64,000 nucleotides of DNA, taken from assembly GCF_036971445.1 (NCBI RefSeq), contig NC_091482.1, positions 68,758,001 through 68,822,000 on the forward strand. The letters are read 5' to 3'. The notes beneath the pieces are model-generated. The model searched no databases, was not told where the DNA came from, and saw only the letters and a program-made list of their open reading frames with translations. The position numbers were made by a program, and so were the translations under genes. The DNA is from Narcine bancroftii (Eukaryota). This document shows, one piece after another, positions 27,001 through 42,000 of this stretch (position 1 is the first letter of the stretch; each line of letters starts with the position of its first letter).

Positions 27001-30000
27001 TTAGCGAGCGCAATACCAGAGCCCATAGCCTCCAACGATGTCCCAGTCCTCCAGCTACAAGCCAGGCACCAGCAATTAAGAAAAGCACGCAAATAAGAGC
27101 CCGCACTTTTTATGGCCCCCGACTCCTGAGGCTGAAAAGTGACGTCATTGCCGCATCCCAGAAGCCTCAGCATGAAACACACAGAGGGATCTATAAAAGC
27201 TCTGGTTAAGCACAATAAAGGTATGATTCCTGACTCTACTCTCTCCAGTATCATTTATTGCCACTTGCGTAAGGTAGTGCCGTCAGATAGGCCACTATAT
27301 AATTTGGTGATCCCGACTGGTCTCAGCTACACTGAGTCCCACATGTCTGACATGGACGAGCAACTGACAACTTCGAAGGTGGAGGTCGACGCAGCCTCAC
27401 TGGCTGCAGCACCGGTGGTGATTAATGCGTGAGTAGCAAGAGAGGCTAACAGAATGCAGGTGCAGCCCAGCTGTGCGGCTGAGTTGTCTGAGCCTCCTGA
27501 AATGCCAAGACCACTGGCCTGATCAAGGAAAAAAAAGTTCCAGATACTGTTTTTATCATCGCCGATGAGGTCGCTCTGCCTATAGCTGTAAGAGTCCTTG
27601 CACTTACCCAAGGCCACCACCACGTCTGGGAAACGGACCCGCCAACCGCCGTTAGTGGCTTCGGCGGTTGGCACAGAACGAGGTCTATTTTATTTACATG
27701 ACGTGATTTCAGGGGTGGATTACTTGATAGATACGGGTGCGGAGTTCAGTATTGTTCCCCCAACACGTTTGAGTTGGCACAAGGTGCACGTACTCCACCG
27801 CTTTCAGCAGTTAATGATACCACGATTCCTACTTTCGGAATGAGGAAGGTCACGATACATACGGGTTCAGCGGTATTCTACTGGAAATGCATGGTGGCCT
27901 CAGTTGGATTGCCAGTTTCGACTGCTGAGATGATCTATGGAACTCCACTATCCATTCCAGGTGACATACATACGGGTTCAGCGGTATTCTACTGGAAATG
28001 CATGGTGGCCTCAGTTGGATTGCCAGTTTCGACTGCTGAGATGATCTATGGAACTCCACTATCCATTCCAGGTGACATACATACGGGTTCAGCGGTATTC
28101 TACTGGAAATGCATGGTGGCCTCAGTTGGATTGCCAGTTTTGACTGCTGAGATGATCTATGGAACTCCACTATCCATTCCAGGTGACATACATACGGGTT
28201 CAGCGGTATTCTACTGGAAATGCATGGTGGCCTCAGTTGGATTGCCAGTTTCGACTGCTGAGATGATCTATGGAACTCCACTATCCATTCCAGGTGACAT
28301 ACATACGGGTTCAGCGGTATTCTACTGGAAATGCATGGTGGCCTCAGTTGGATTGCCAGTTTCGACTGCTGAGATGATCTATGGAACTCCACTATCCATT
28401 CCAGGTGACATACATACGGGTTCAGCGGTATTCTACTGGAAATGCATGGTGGTCTCAGTTGGATTGCCAGTTTCGACTGCTGAGATGATCTATGGAATTC
28501 CCCTATCCATTCCAGGTGACATACATTTATTTCAGTAGTGACATAAATCAGAGAGCTGACTTGGATATTTTATGTCTTGTGTGAGATAGCATAGGGCAAA
28601 ACAACCCTATCCCATGGTTTTTCACGGGAGCTCCAAACATCAGGTGCCACACGACCAACTGGCTGCAGAATTTGTGATGGTCAGGAAAGGTCTGAAAGGC
28701 TCAGCATTTCAATGCCCATATGAGGGGCCCTTTAGGCGAGAAGGTGTAGTATTTACATTGGACGTAGGGGGCCAAGAGTGTATGTTCACAAATGAACAAC
28801 TGAAACCAGCACACAATGACCATTCAAGACCAATCGCGTCATCACTGAGACGTCCCAGAGGACGCCCCAGTCTGAACTACCACCAAGAACCTGTGTGGCA
28901 GCCACGATTCTGGGGGGGGGGGGAAGGGTGTAGCGGGAGCCCCACGTGAACAAAAGAATCGCACACATCCACAGCAGTTTAGCGAGCCCATTACCAGAGC
29001 GCAGCCTCCAACGATGTCCCAGTCCTCCAGCTACAAGCCAGGCACCAGCAAATAGGAAAAGCGCGCGAAAAAGAGCCCGCGCTTTTTATGGCCCCCAACA
29101 CCCGAGGCTGGAAAGTGACGTCACTGCCGCATCCCATAAGGCTCGATGTGAAACGCGCAGAGGGAACTATAAAAGCTCTGGTTAAGCACAATAAAGGTAC
29201 TGATTCCTGACTCTACTCTCTCCAGTGTCACTTATTGCCACTTGTGTAAGGTAGTGCCGTCAGATAGGCCACTACAATGGTTACAAACCTTAATAAGAAT
29301 AAAAATTCAATTTCTCCTCTGAAAATTCCATATTTTAGACAAATAGTTATTAAGTCAATGCAGAACTGGAGCAGATCAAACTGCTTCTAAAGTTAAACAG
29401 CATTCTAGCGCACATGAGAGTGTGCAAGTGGGACAAAGTGGCTTCTGATAGTTGTGGGGACTGAAGCGGAACTAAAGTGTTAACACAGGAAGGGAGGAAT
29501 TGAAATCTGCATTTTTATGTTAGTGTAGGAATCAACAAAATCAAACACTTAAAAAGCTGTCAAAGAAATTTCTTGTTTACTTTCAACACTCTTAAAATGT
29601 CACGATCCAATAGGTGAAATCATTCTACTGCATAATCAGAAAACAGACACCAAGAATTGAAGTTCTTTTACAGAATAAAATTTGCTACAACTCCACTGTT
29701 TTATTTTATTCATTCACCTGGAAAACATGGCTTTCCGCAGGACCACGATTAACGAATCTTTCATGGAGATACTGATTTTCAGCAGGGGCTTTAAAAAAAA
29801 AACAGATTATTTTTAATTTAGAGATTCAGCACCTAAAAGGCCCTTCCAGCCCTTGAGCCCGCGCTGCCCAAATATACACAATTAACCTAAAAACCTTGTA
29901 CATTTTTGGAATGTGGACGGAAACCGGAGGATCCAGGGAAAACCCACAGACACCAGGAGAATGTAAAAAAACTCGGTACAGACAGCGCCGGATTCAAACC

Positions 30001-33000
30001 CAGGTCATTGGCGCTTATATATGTCGCACTAACCACGGTGAATAAACCATGTTACTGAATTCATAGCACACTAAAAATAGACCATATTTTCAGAGCACAT
30101 TGAGTACAGATGCCCTAAGTTAGTTATATGGATGATACTACTCTATGTCTATGAAAAGAGCAAAAGCCCATCTCTCATTGCTGTCAATTGACTTACAGTA
30201 AACTTCTCCTGCTTTATTTACATGGATGAAGTTAAAAATTGATGAGATTTCAACAAACAATTGAATCCTGAAACTCCATTTCAGCGACTGCACTGTTGAA
30301 CTTTGCTTAACCTGAAATGATTCTGTAATGTCAATAACCTTAAAACTTTTCAAGTATACCTCATGATGATCTCTTAAAAAAGTAGACTGTTATGACAAGA
30401 CCAAATAAAGAAAACAGGCAGTTTGACAAAATTGCATTTTAATTTTCTTAAAATGTTTAGCAACCTTTCCTATTTAATGATGAGTCGTAGTACAGAGGGG
30501 ATAGAGAGAGCAGTGAGGTCAGCAACTCTCCCTGGTTAGACTTCTGGAAGAGGGGCGGAGCTCACTCCCCAATGGTAAGGAGGTGGAGATAATAGACAGC
30601 TCTAAGCTTCTCTGTGTAAACATCTCCAATGACTTGTCCTGTCACACATCTTTATGTCTCCACATTTACACGATGGGAAGCATTCTATCAGGGCGCATCA
30701 CTGCGTGGTATATGACTGCTCTGCCCAAAACCGCAAAGGCTTGCGAAGACAGCTCAGGCCATGACACAAACCATCCAACTACTTTGCAGACTCCATCTAC
30801 AACTCCCACCTCCTTGGGAAAACAGTCAACATATTAAGACCATCCTGGCCACACTCACTTCACACTCTCCTATCAGGAAGAGCGCACACCACCAGATTCA
30901 AGGAGAGCGTATTTCTTGCCATTAACAAACTCCTGAAACAACTTCAAAATATTATACTGTCTTTGCTCCATACAAAGTGATCTTTCTCTGCAATTCTGTA
31001 CTTTTCTACGATGCGAATAGGTGTCTAACTGGTCTGCCCACAAAACAACCAATTACTCCATCTTAGTATATGCAAAAGGAAAACTCTGTAAAGGCAGACT
31101 GGCATCTTGCCTGAAAAATCTTGTAAATCAAAATTCCCAGAGTACCTCATTGGATTATCAATTCAAATTCCTAGTTATAGCATTCAAAATAATGACAAGA
31201 CATCAAGCAAATGAAGATTGCATCAAAATTGTAAAGTGATATCAATGTTTTATACAGTGAAACAGGAAATTTTATAGCCATTATGGAATAGGGATCAAAT
31301 ATAGATTATTCTATTGTAGAAGTTAAGAGATCGAGGACAATGTTTTACCTGCACGGCCTTTAATAGTCCCTGGACTGTGCTGAGAGGCAAGTAGGACAAG
31401 TGGTCAAATGCCTCGATAACCTTGGAGGAAGAATCCAGGAGAATGAGAGGTGCAGAGGTAACAATATCAGATAGCAAGTCTGAGAAATAGAAAGAAAATA
31501 TTTTTCTTTCTACATACATTTAACTTCATTGTAAGCTGTAAAGAGTGTGGTGGGAGAGCAAACTACACAGAAACAGGCACAATCAAGAACTCTGATTAGT
31601 CACCTCCTGAATAGAAATAAAAGGAATCTCAAAATGACAGATTTTGCAATTATATATTAAATATGTTTAGGCTGCAGCACCCAGATACAAATCCAAATTT
31701 ACACCGTATTCCTGGAAGCTGCAATCTTGACTGGAATACAAGAGAGTGAAACATGAAAGTGTGCAGACCCTGTGATTGTAGTAAAAACACAGAAATGCTG
31801 CAGGTTCAGCCAGTTTCACAGCGTCCATAGGAATTAGAGATATTTTACTGACGTTTGGGGCCTGAGCGCTTCTTCAAGGTAATAAATCTTTATCTCCTAA
31901 GGACACTTTGAGACCAGCTGAGTTCCTCCAGCATTTCTGCGTGTTTTGGAATACAAGGGCAACTACAATCTTTCTGTAAAAATCCCATTTGCACAGGAAG
32001 AAATTAAATTCTCAGTTCCCAACTTCCACCTCGGAAGTGAAAATTTAATTGGATGAATAAACCAACCTTCCCAAAAAATTCAATTTGCTTTACACCCACC
32101 AAGCTTCACGTTCAGAGTTTTGTCCATGCATCTACTTGCCTATGTACTGAGTGATGGGTGAAGTCGTCTTTGTTACCACTCTGTTCAGAACTTGCTCCAA
32201 GATTTCACTTCTAATTGGCTCATGCACCTGTATAAATGGTAGGAGTAGGGAAGTGGGCAGGAAGGAAACGAATGATACATTGATTTTAAAAGCGACTATA
32301 ATTTTATTGCACATCAAGCAAACTGGATATTCAAAATAGAAAGTGGTAAATATTAAAAGGCAAGACAATTAAATTAAAACATGTTAGATAACACTGGTCA
32401 AAATAAAAGGCTCCTGTCTAATCCAGTTGTAGAGACGAATTTAAAGAGTCTATTTCATTATTTGAAGTATAATCAATCTTTCAGTGTCCTCTGGAATACC
32501 TTGACTTCAATAAACAGAAATACAAAAAAAAATTCCCCTCATTCTAAATTATTCTCTACAAAATGCATTTTACATGTCCCTACTCACTGGAATTCAAAAT
32601 AGGATAATTTAAGCACTGAACACGTTACACCGCATTCACCTTGAAAGTTTCCAGAAGAATCTTGGCTCCCAGTCTCGAGGCTTGTTGCGCTGGTGTCTTA
32701 GCTGCCATTGCATTGTTTTCCACAACTTTCCCAAAAGGACCCCCCTTTGGTCCAAAGGAATCCATGAATATAAATCCCAGCTGTACCAGTGATTGAGTAA
32801 CGTGATCCCACCCGAACATACTATTAAAAAAAACATGGAAAGTCTCAGACGGGAAGAAAATAATTTATACAACCAAACAATGGCAGGCGGTTAAACAATC
32901 AATCCTTTCTTTAAAAAAAAATCAACCCCCTTAAGAGTCTGATATTTGTAGTTCTATTACTATTTACTTTTAAAGCAAAACATCTCAACAGCAAGGCCCA

Positions 33001-36000
33001 AATGAAAGCTGATTAGGCAGATATTTCAGTATGTTAATAGATGCCAATCCTCCCATTTTAAATCAGGTTTAAAAAAAAATAGAATTGGCCATGAAGTAAA
33101 TATTTGAAATTCTTCTCTGAACAATAATGGATGAAATGAAGAAAGGTGACAGGGAAGAAAATTACACAAAAGCCCAGTGAAAAAGATCAATGGATGGAGA
33201 CAACAGTTCTTTCCTTTTTAAAAAAACAGATTGTACGGTTTTGCTGAGTACTGCATACACTTTGTTCCAGTATTCACAGTATTTCATTTTTGTCTCAATA
33301 CAAACCTGTTTGTCACTGTATCCAGAATCATTTCAGACACACTGCATTGAACAGGGATCAAATCCTGGAGAAATTTTGAATTCTGTTGAAACAGTCTATC
33401 TCTAAAACTTTTAATAGTTGCTGTTTTTAGAAACTCAAACACCTAAAAGTTAAGAAAACAAAATCAACAACAAAAATCCATCTCCGTGTTCAGCCACATT
33501 TCAGAAACAAAAACTTGCAGATAATCATCACCGGAGGTTCCATGTATTTTAAATTACATAAAGATATGTGGGCATAAACAGTGGAAATGCACAACAATGG
33601 AAGGAAATACAAGTCCTGATATCAGATTAAATTAAAATTTAGACATACAGCACAGTAACAGGCCCTTTCTCCCCACGAGCTCATGTCACCCAATTACAGA
33701 TTTTAGATTTACTGTCAGAGTACATCCATAACAGAATTACCACTTCTTCATAGTGCAAAAAAATTGTACACAGCATATACATGTCAACAATAAAGAACAG
33801 TTGCTCCCCCTCCACCATCAGACTCCTCAACAACAAATTCAATCAGGGACTTATTCAAGGACTCTTGTGCACTTCATTGATTTTTTAAAAATTCTCTCTG
33901 TATTGAACAGTCAGTTTGTTTACATTTGTTATCTGTTTACAATTCTTTATTGTTGACATGTATATGCTGTGTACAGTTTTTTTGCACTATAAAGAAGAGG
34001 TAATTCTGTTATGGATGTACTCTGACAGTAAATCTGAAATCTGTAATTGGGTGACATGAGCTCATGGGGAGAAAGGGCCTGTTACTGTGCTGTATGTCTA
34101 AATTTAAATTTAATCTGATATCAGGTCTTTCAAGTCCAGAAATTTCTAGATCATCTTCTGCACATGCCCAGTCCGTCTCCCACTCTCTCAGCAGACCACC
34201 TTCACCTTAGTTCTTAAAGGCAAACTGTCACTTTCCAAAACAAAACCACACAACATAAAGGCCAATACACAACACAGAACTCTGTAACAGGAGGAAACTA
34301 GAGTCCCTGGGGAAAACCCTTGCAGATACAGGGATCTACAACACATGATGCACATGGAAGGCAAATAACATTGTGGAGGACTTTTCACACCCCTCTTGTA
34401 AGCTGTTCTCCCTTCTGTCATCTGGAAGGAGGTACCATAGCATTTGGGCCCACACGACCAGATTGGGCAACAGTATTTTTCCCCCAAGCCATCAGGCTCC
34501 TCAATTCCTAAAACACACATGCACAGGTATATCATGGATTTTACTGTATTGTGTTTTAATATTTAACTCCTATTTATGTAAATTTACTCCATGATCCTGG
34601 AGAAATGTGATGTCATCCTGAATGTGCACTGCATTAGCTGTTATGGTATGCGCTGGGTGGGTCATGTCTCCAGAATGGAGGACCATCGCCTTCCCAAGAT
34701 CGTGTTATATGGCGAGCTCTCCACTGGCCACCGTGACAGAGGTGCACCAAAGAAGAGGTACAAGGACTGCCTAAAGAAATCTCTTGGTGCCTGCCCCATT
34801 GACCACCGCCAGTGAGCTGATCTCGCCTCAAACCGTGCATCTTGGCGCCTCACAGTTCGGCGGGCAGCAACCTCCTTTGAAGAAGACCGCAGAGCCCACC
34901 TCACTGACAAAAGACAAAGGAGGAAAACCCCAACACCCAACCCCAACCCACCAATTTTCCCCTGCAACCGCTGCAACCGTGTCTGCCTGTCCCGCATCGG
35001 ACTTGTCAGCCACAATCAAGCCTGCAGCTGACGTGGACTTTTACCCCCTCCATAAATCTTCGTCCGCGAAGCCAAGCCAAAGAAAAGAATGTATGATAAA
35101 TAAAGGTGACTGGATTTGAAGCCAATCTGATATTCCAAGTGCATTCCTAACTGCAAAGTCAGTTGACTAACTCATTCTCTGGAAACAACAGATTCACCTC
35201 AAACATTTGAATAAATTTGTTTTTTGTCCAATACATCAACAAAGCAGACCAGCATCCCATTTGTATTACAGCACAGGTCAATGACAATATTCATGCTTTA
35301 TTAATTGTGGGCAACATTTATTTTATTTATCGTCAACCTCCTTCGGGATGTATTAAAAATTCCACTGCCAACTTGCTATTTAAACATAGTCCCAGGAGGA
35401 TATAAAATCTTGAGGAAAACAGGATTAAATACAAATAAAAATAATTGCTTCTGCAAGACAATTTTAGTTTAGTTTTGCAATAAGCATCTGACAAACTAGT
35501 TAAGCAGTTTGTAGAAACGGATTAGTCGCAACAGTGGCACAAAAGGCAACCACAACCGCTCCACTCAACAGCCAAAAATGTAAACCCAGGCTTGAAATTA
35601 CCGATAGTTTAAGAATTGTAACAGCCCTTAACATGAGCTGAGCCCATGTTTAGAAATGCAAAAGCTAGCCAAAAGCTTCAATGAAAAGTGCCACCTTCCA
35701 AGAGATGCAAGATCTGTCGGCTGAAGAATGGATTAACAAGCAGTCTCATTCATGGCTTCCAATATGTTAAATTTCAAAATATTAATTCTGCATTAAATTT
35801 CAACATAAAGCACGGTTACTACAGGCCCTTTCAGAGCGTGAGCCTGTGCTGCCCAAGTACATCCAATTGACCTACAACCCCGGTCTGTTTTGAACAGTGG
35901 GAGCATCCGGAGGAAACCCTCACAGACATGGAAGGACATGCAAACTCCTTACAGACAGTGCTGGATTAGAACCATGGTCGCTGGCGCTGTAACAGCGTTG

Positions 36001-39000
36001 TGTTCACCACTACGTCAATCATACCACTCGTGCAAAGTTTAATCTAAATAAAAATTCATTTCTCTTTTCATCCGGGAAAACCTGCTCAGTTTGAGCAATA
36101 AGGATTAAGAGCTGGAATTCCCTCATCTGATGTTTCCAACACAGGGAATATTCTACTACAGATAAAACACAAAGCACCACTCCCTTTAGAATTGTCTGCA
36201 ACTCAGAGAGATTATTACTTGAGTGCAAGGCAGCAGAAGCTGGGACAAGGATCGTGCATAGGATAACAGATAACGGAGAATGGAGGTGTTTAGGGTTTAA
36301 AGATAATCTAGGTGAACATTAAAATGGGGTGGCAACAATGCTTAGGATACATATAAAATTAGCACAAGATATAGGAGCAGAAGTAGGCCACTTGGCCCGT
36401 CAAGTCTGCTCCACTTTAAAATGAAGGAATAGATCAGTAATGACTGGAAAAATCTAAACGAACAATTCTTTAAAAATCTAACATGGATTCTTAGGATTAA
36501 ATTAGAATGGTTGCTTTGTTTGGTTATTTTCTAAAAGAGAGGATTTCCTTGAATTCAACTCAAAAAAGAATAGTAGCTTTTACTTCGTCAATGGCCAAAC
36601 GATCAATTTGGAAAAGATGGAAAGACAGTAGCTCATATGCACGGGTACAGGGTGTTATGTCTTGCTTCAGTTTGGAGAAAATTAGATCTAATGTTAAAGA
36701 GATCAGGGTTGAATGTGACAAGATAAGGTGATGATCATAACTTGATTGCTCTGTGGGGTTTTCTGTCCGAAAGCTGATACTCAATTCTTTATAATTTTTT
36801 GCTGGTGACTGTGTTTAGTCGGGGGGGAGGGGGGTTAGATTAGTATGGGGTTTTTATCTTTTGCTCTTATTTTTGTTTTTTATATAACTAGAAGGGATTG
36901 GTCTATTTGTTCACAATGTATATCTCCACCTCTCTGACAAAAGGCAAAGGAGGAAAAACCCAACACCCAACCCCAACCCACCAATTTTCCCCTGCAGCCG
37001 CTGCAACCGTGCCTGCCTGTCCCGCATCGGACTTGTCAGCCACAAACGAGCCTGCAGCTGACGTGGACTTTTACCCCCTCCATAAATCTTCGTCCGCGAA
37101 GCCAAGCCAAAGATATCTCAGCATTAAAATACGAGGTGAAATTCTCATGTTATTTCACTTTTCGAGAATATAACATGTGGACTCATATTCTGTATTATAT
37201 AAAAGCCATATAATTAATTAATTGATTGATATGTAAACAATATATACATGTAAAATTTCTCTCTATCAAATTAATAAAAATGTTTTGAAAAGGAATATTG
37301 GTAAAGAAGAGAGAGCCAACTGCAGGATGCTCTTCTTGGGAATGAGAAGATAAAACCTGAACCCACCAACGGCAACTGGCTTGGATTCCATGCAGTCAAC
37401 TCCAACTAACCTTAAGCCAGCCTCAACACTCTGTTTCAGAATTTGAGACCTTTGCTTTTAATACAATTTCACTTGCCAACTGATAATACCGCAACTTATC
37501 CCATGGATTTCAAGTCAATGCATGTCACATATACGGAAATACACAAACTTCCAGAGCTCCATTTTACATGATTAAAGTTCGAACATGCTGCACCAAAATG
37601 CTGGACAAATCTAATGAACAATTACATGATGATACAGTGTAAACAGTAACTTTTCAGGTTACCCTCACAAGACTATTTGTGGATTCTAAATTAAACAATA
37701 AAAAGATGTAAAAAATAAATGTACCTGACCCTCAAATCGATGTATTCTTGCCATTGAGAGCAAGAGAGCAATGTTAAAAGAGCAGAGAACCCGACTAGTG
37801 TCTCCTTGCTGTCCAGTCTGACAGATGACAAAAATAAAAGGCATATTATTAGTCAGACCAATATCATTTACATTCAAAATACACAATAGAATGGAAAAAA
37901 AATTGTTCCTTTTCCCCTACAATTTTGTTCGCTTGATTAGTTAGCTCTAAGGCCATGAGGCAGGGCACTTGGTGGCTCCTGAGTGACTATTATAAAACAC
38001 CATAGAAACATAGGTTCAGGAGTCGACACCGCGATTCAATATGATCATGGCTGATCCGTACCCGGTTCCTGCCTTCTTCCCATATCCCTTGATCCCCTTA
38101 GCCACAAGGGCCAAATCTAACCTACTCTTAAATATTGACGAGGAACCGACCTCATCTACTTCCTGTGGCAAAGAATTCCTCAGATCCACCACCCTCTGAG
38201 AGAAGAACTCATCTCAGTCCTAAAAAAACTTCCCCCTTATCCTTAATCTGTGACCCCTGGTGGTTTTTTACAGCACTGATGTAAAATATTGAAAAAAAAG
38301 CTGCAGATGCTGGAAAGAGCAGAAGCTGTCATTGGGTATCATCTGTTCAGCACGCAGGATGGATACAGAGGTGAGGGAGTGAGGTGAAGGAGGAATGGCA
38401 GGCTGGAAAAGAAATGGATTAGATCCATGTCAGAGCCCTGTAAACTATTGTGGAGGGGAAAATCATGGCAAGCAAACACGTTGGCATTTCAGAACTGCTC
38501 ATAAGGTAGGTGCTGCCATCAGAAAAAATGCAACAGAGGCACAAAAAAAGTGTAAGAATGATATTCTTCTGGTACAGGATGAGTGGAGGTGCAGTCAGAT
38601 CAATGTGGGAATCTATAGGCTTACAATGGATAGCAGTCATAAATCCCAGCTCCATTTTAATAAAGAAAGCCAAGAATCAGAGATGGGACACATAAAAGCG
38701 AGAGCAATTTGTAGTTGACACCAAAAGTAGGAACTCACATAGTTTCATCACAACACCCCCTCCAAAGATAACTGAAAGGAGGGCCATCTCACATATCCTG
38801 CAGTGCCAGCCAAAACTTGGACCTCTGCCAGTTTCCATAGCTATAACTTTGACTTGCACGGAATGAGGACAGTCACATCAAGCAAATGATGTGACTTTGA
38901 TCGCCCATTCTAATTCCATTAACCGTCTGGGGAAAACAACCTTTGCTACTGATGGCGTAGACTGGAAATAGATCAAGGTGGCACATCTCTGACCCCATTG

Positions 39001-42000
39001 CAAAATATCAAATATTAACAATGTGCCACTCCCAACCTTTGATAAACAGCATTTAAACACTGTGTTTAACATCCAAGAACATTATTGTAGGTTATCATAC
39101 TGGTTGGTTGAAGGTACAAGTGAGCTGTTAATGAGTCACATGGGTGGGAGAGAAAGGAAAGTGAGCAAATACATGGGAGGTGATAAAAATTATAAGGAGA
39201 ATTTTGAAGGAAGGACTCTCACACATTTCAGAATTTTTTATAGCCAAAGTAAAATTTCTGAATTGAACTTTAGAAGACAAATAAAAGAAAATGTCATATT
39301 AAAATAAAAGTACAAGCTGAAGAAGATTATAGCATTAAGAACCAAGATGCTAGAAAAATTAAGATCAATGGGAGTGCAGCCAGCAAGTTGGGATGCAGCT
39401 TCAGAGACCCAACAGTGTTCGAAAAATAACACAACTGAGGTTTCAGAGACCAATAATGATTAGATGCAGATATGGACGTTTCAGATATCGATGGCACCAT
39501 GCCTTCGGGACCTGGGTTTGAATCCCATGGTATCTGTAAGGTGTTTTTACATTCTCCCCATGTCTGCGTGGGCTTTCCCTGGAGGCTCAGGTTTCCTCCC
39601 ATTATTCAAGATGTACCAAGGATGTAGGTTAATTGGATGTAAATTAGGCGGCACGGACTCACGGGCCAAAATGATCTGTTACCGTGCTGTATGTAAAATT
39701 TAACTGCCCAGTGCCTAAAGCACATAGCGTTGATGTGAACATATGAACCTCCGATAGGACATACCACCTCTCATTCACAAAAAATGCAACTGCTGGTGCA
39801 ACAGAAACTTTATCAATGAATAACTTACACTTCAATTTTAATCTATTAGTTGGTTTGGAATGCTTCAAGGAAAGACACAAGTCTCCAAGGAAGGTCCCAA
39901 CCATCTCCAAAATTCTTTCAGACACCAGGATCACAGAGAGGTTGGTCAGAGGAGAATCAAAAACATCAGACAAATAGGCAGTTAGCAAACCCATCCACAC
40001 AGGACATGAGTAGCAGAGGGAAGAAATGAGCACAAAAGAAAACATTTAAATAACAAATGGCTCAAGTCCCTCTTCCATGATCCAAGTATAACCAGGAGTG
40101 GCTTTGCTCTATGGATGCTTCTCGGAGCAGAACTCTACATGTGATCTTCAGCTGGGTGTTGCATGCTATTTGATATCACTACTTAACTACACTTGCCTTA
40201 TCACAAAGGACCTGTCACATATTTCCAGAGGTATGCTGATGTAATCAGATTTTGATGAAATTCAATCAAGTGCTGTACTGCAGAATAGAATTTCTCAGCC
40301 AACTTACTGGACAACTTCAGTTTCTGCCAGGGCCTTAAAACGACAATTTTTTTTTTATTTTTTCTTTAAATTTTTTTATTTTTCACACCATAAATCACAT
40401 TAGCCATGATATACACTATTTCTTTTTCACACATATACAGTGACTTTTTCTCCCCCCGCCCTTTCCTCCCAAACCACCCCCCCACCCCCCCCCTCATCCA
40501 TTTTAGGTATACAATCTAGGTTGCATTAAGCCAGTCAGACAATGTTGTCATTCAACAAAATTACACCAGAAATTCTACTGAGTCCATTCTTTTCTTTCCT
40601 TCTCCTTCCATCAACTTAGGTAATGTTTGTCCCCGGTAGGTTTTCGCTATTGTATTTAATGTAAGGCTTGTTCGAATATTTCAATATTATTTCTTAACCA
40701 ATATGTTATTTTTTCTAATGGAATACATTTATTCATTTAAATTTGGTAGTTTCTTCCTTTTAATTTGGTTATGTATTCCATTAATATTTAAAGACATATA
40801 GTTCAGCGTAGCCCTTTTATATTTTGTTTATCTTCTCTTTCCGTTTTTCCATCATTACCTTTCCTCCTTTTCCATTTCTGTTTTCTTATTTTCAACTCTT
40901 TATAAGACAACATTCCTACAACATCCAACATTTTCCTTATTCTCCTATTTCTATCTTATTTATCCCCAATCTCCCCTTCACCTCCTGAGTTGTCCTTTAT
41001 CCCTTGTCGGACAACCACATCTCCCCTCTCCATTTGGATATGCGAATCCACTCGCAAGCGTCAACTGATTTTGCAGTGACCGCTATTTCCCCCCACCCCG
41101 CCTCCCCCAGAAAAGATTTCACTTTTCATATGTCACAAAGGTCACTCTTTTAATTCCCTCCTTATTCTCTCTATTCCATTACCTTCCCTTATTAATTCTT
41201 GTCTATACTATCTATATTTTCCTCTAAGTACAGATACATTCATGTATGCTCATTCTCTCTATTCACTCTTATACCGCTTTACCCGCATACATATCAATCG
41301 TGATCATTTTTACTCTCATTACCCGTCTTCATCCCTCAGTCTATTTTTGTCTTTACCCACATACATATCAATCGTGATCATTTTAACTCTCATTACCCGT
41401 CTTCCTCCCTCAGTCTATTTTTGTAATTGTTCTGCAAATTTTCGTGCTTCTTCTGGATCCGAGAATAGTCTGTTTTGTTGTCCTGGAATAAATATTTTCA
41501 ATACCGCTGGATGCTTTAGTATAAATTTATACCCTTTCTTCCATAAAATCGCCTTTGCTGTATTGAACTCTTTTCTCTTCTTTAGGAGTTCAAAACTTAT
41601 ATCTAGATAAATGAAGATTTTTTGCCCTTTATACTCCAGTGGTTTGTTGCCCTCTCTTACTTTTTCCATTGTCTTCTCCAGTACCTTTTCTCTTGTAGTA
41701 TATCTTAGGAATTTTACTACAATAGATCTTGGTTTTTGTTGTGGTTGTGGTTTAGAGGCCAATACTCTATGTGCCCTTTCTATTTCCAATTCTTGCTGTA
41801 GTTCTGGACATCCTAGGGTCTTAGGGATCCACTCTTTTATAAACTCCCTCATATTCTTGCCTTCTTCATCTTCCTTAAGGCCCACTATCTTTATGTTATT
41901 TCTTCTGTTATGGTTTTCCATTGTATCTATTTTTTGAGCTAGTAGTTCTTGTGTCTCTTTAGTTTTTTTATTAGATTTCTCCAATTTCTTTTTTAAGTCT

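Noticed and set aside
27855-28526. CRISPR-like appearance of regular repeats (also 56290-56915)
   Set aside because: No unique spacers, no cas genes, vertebrate context; these are plain tandem repeats
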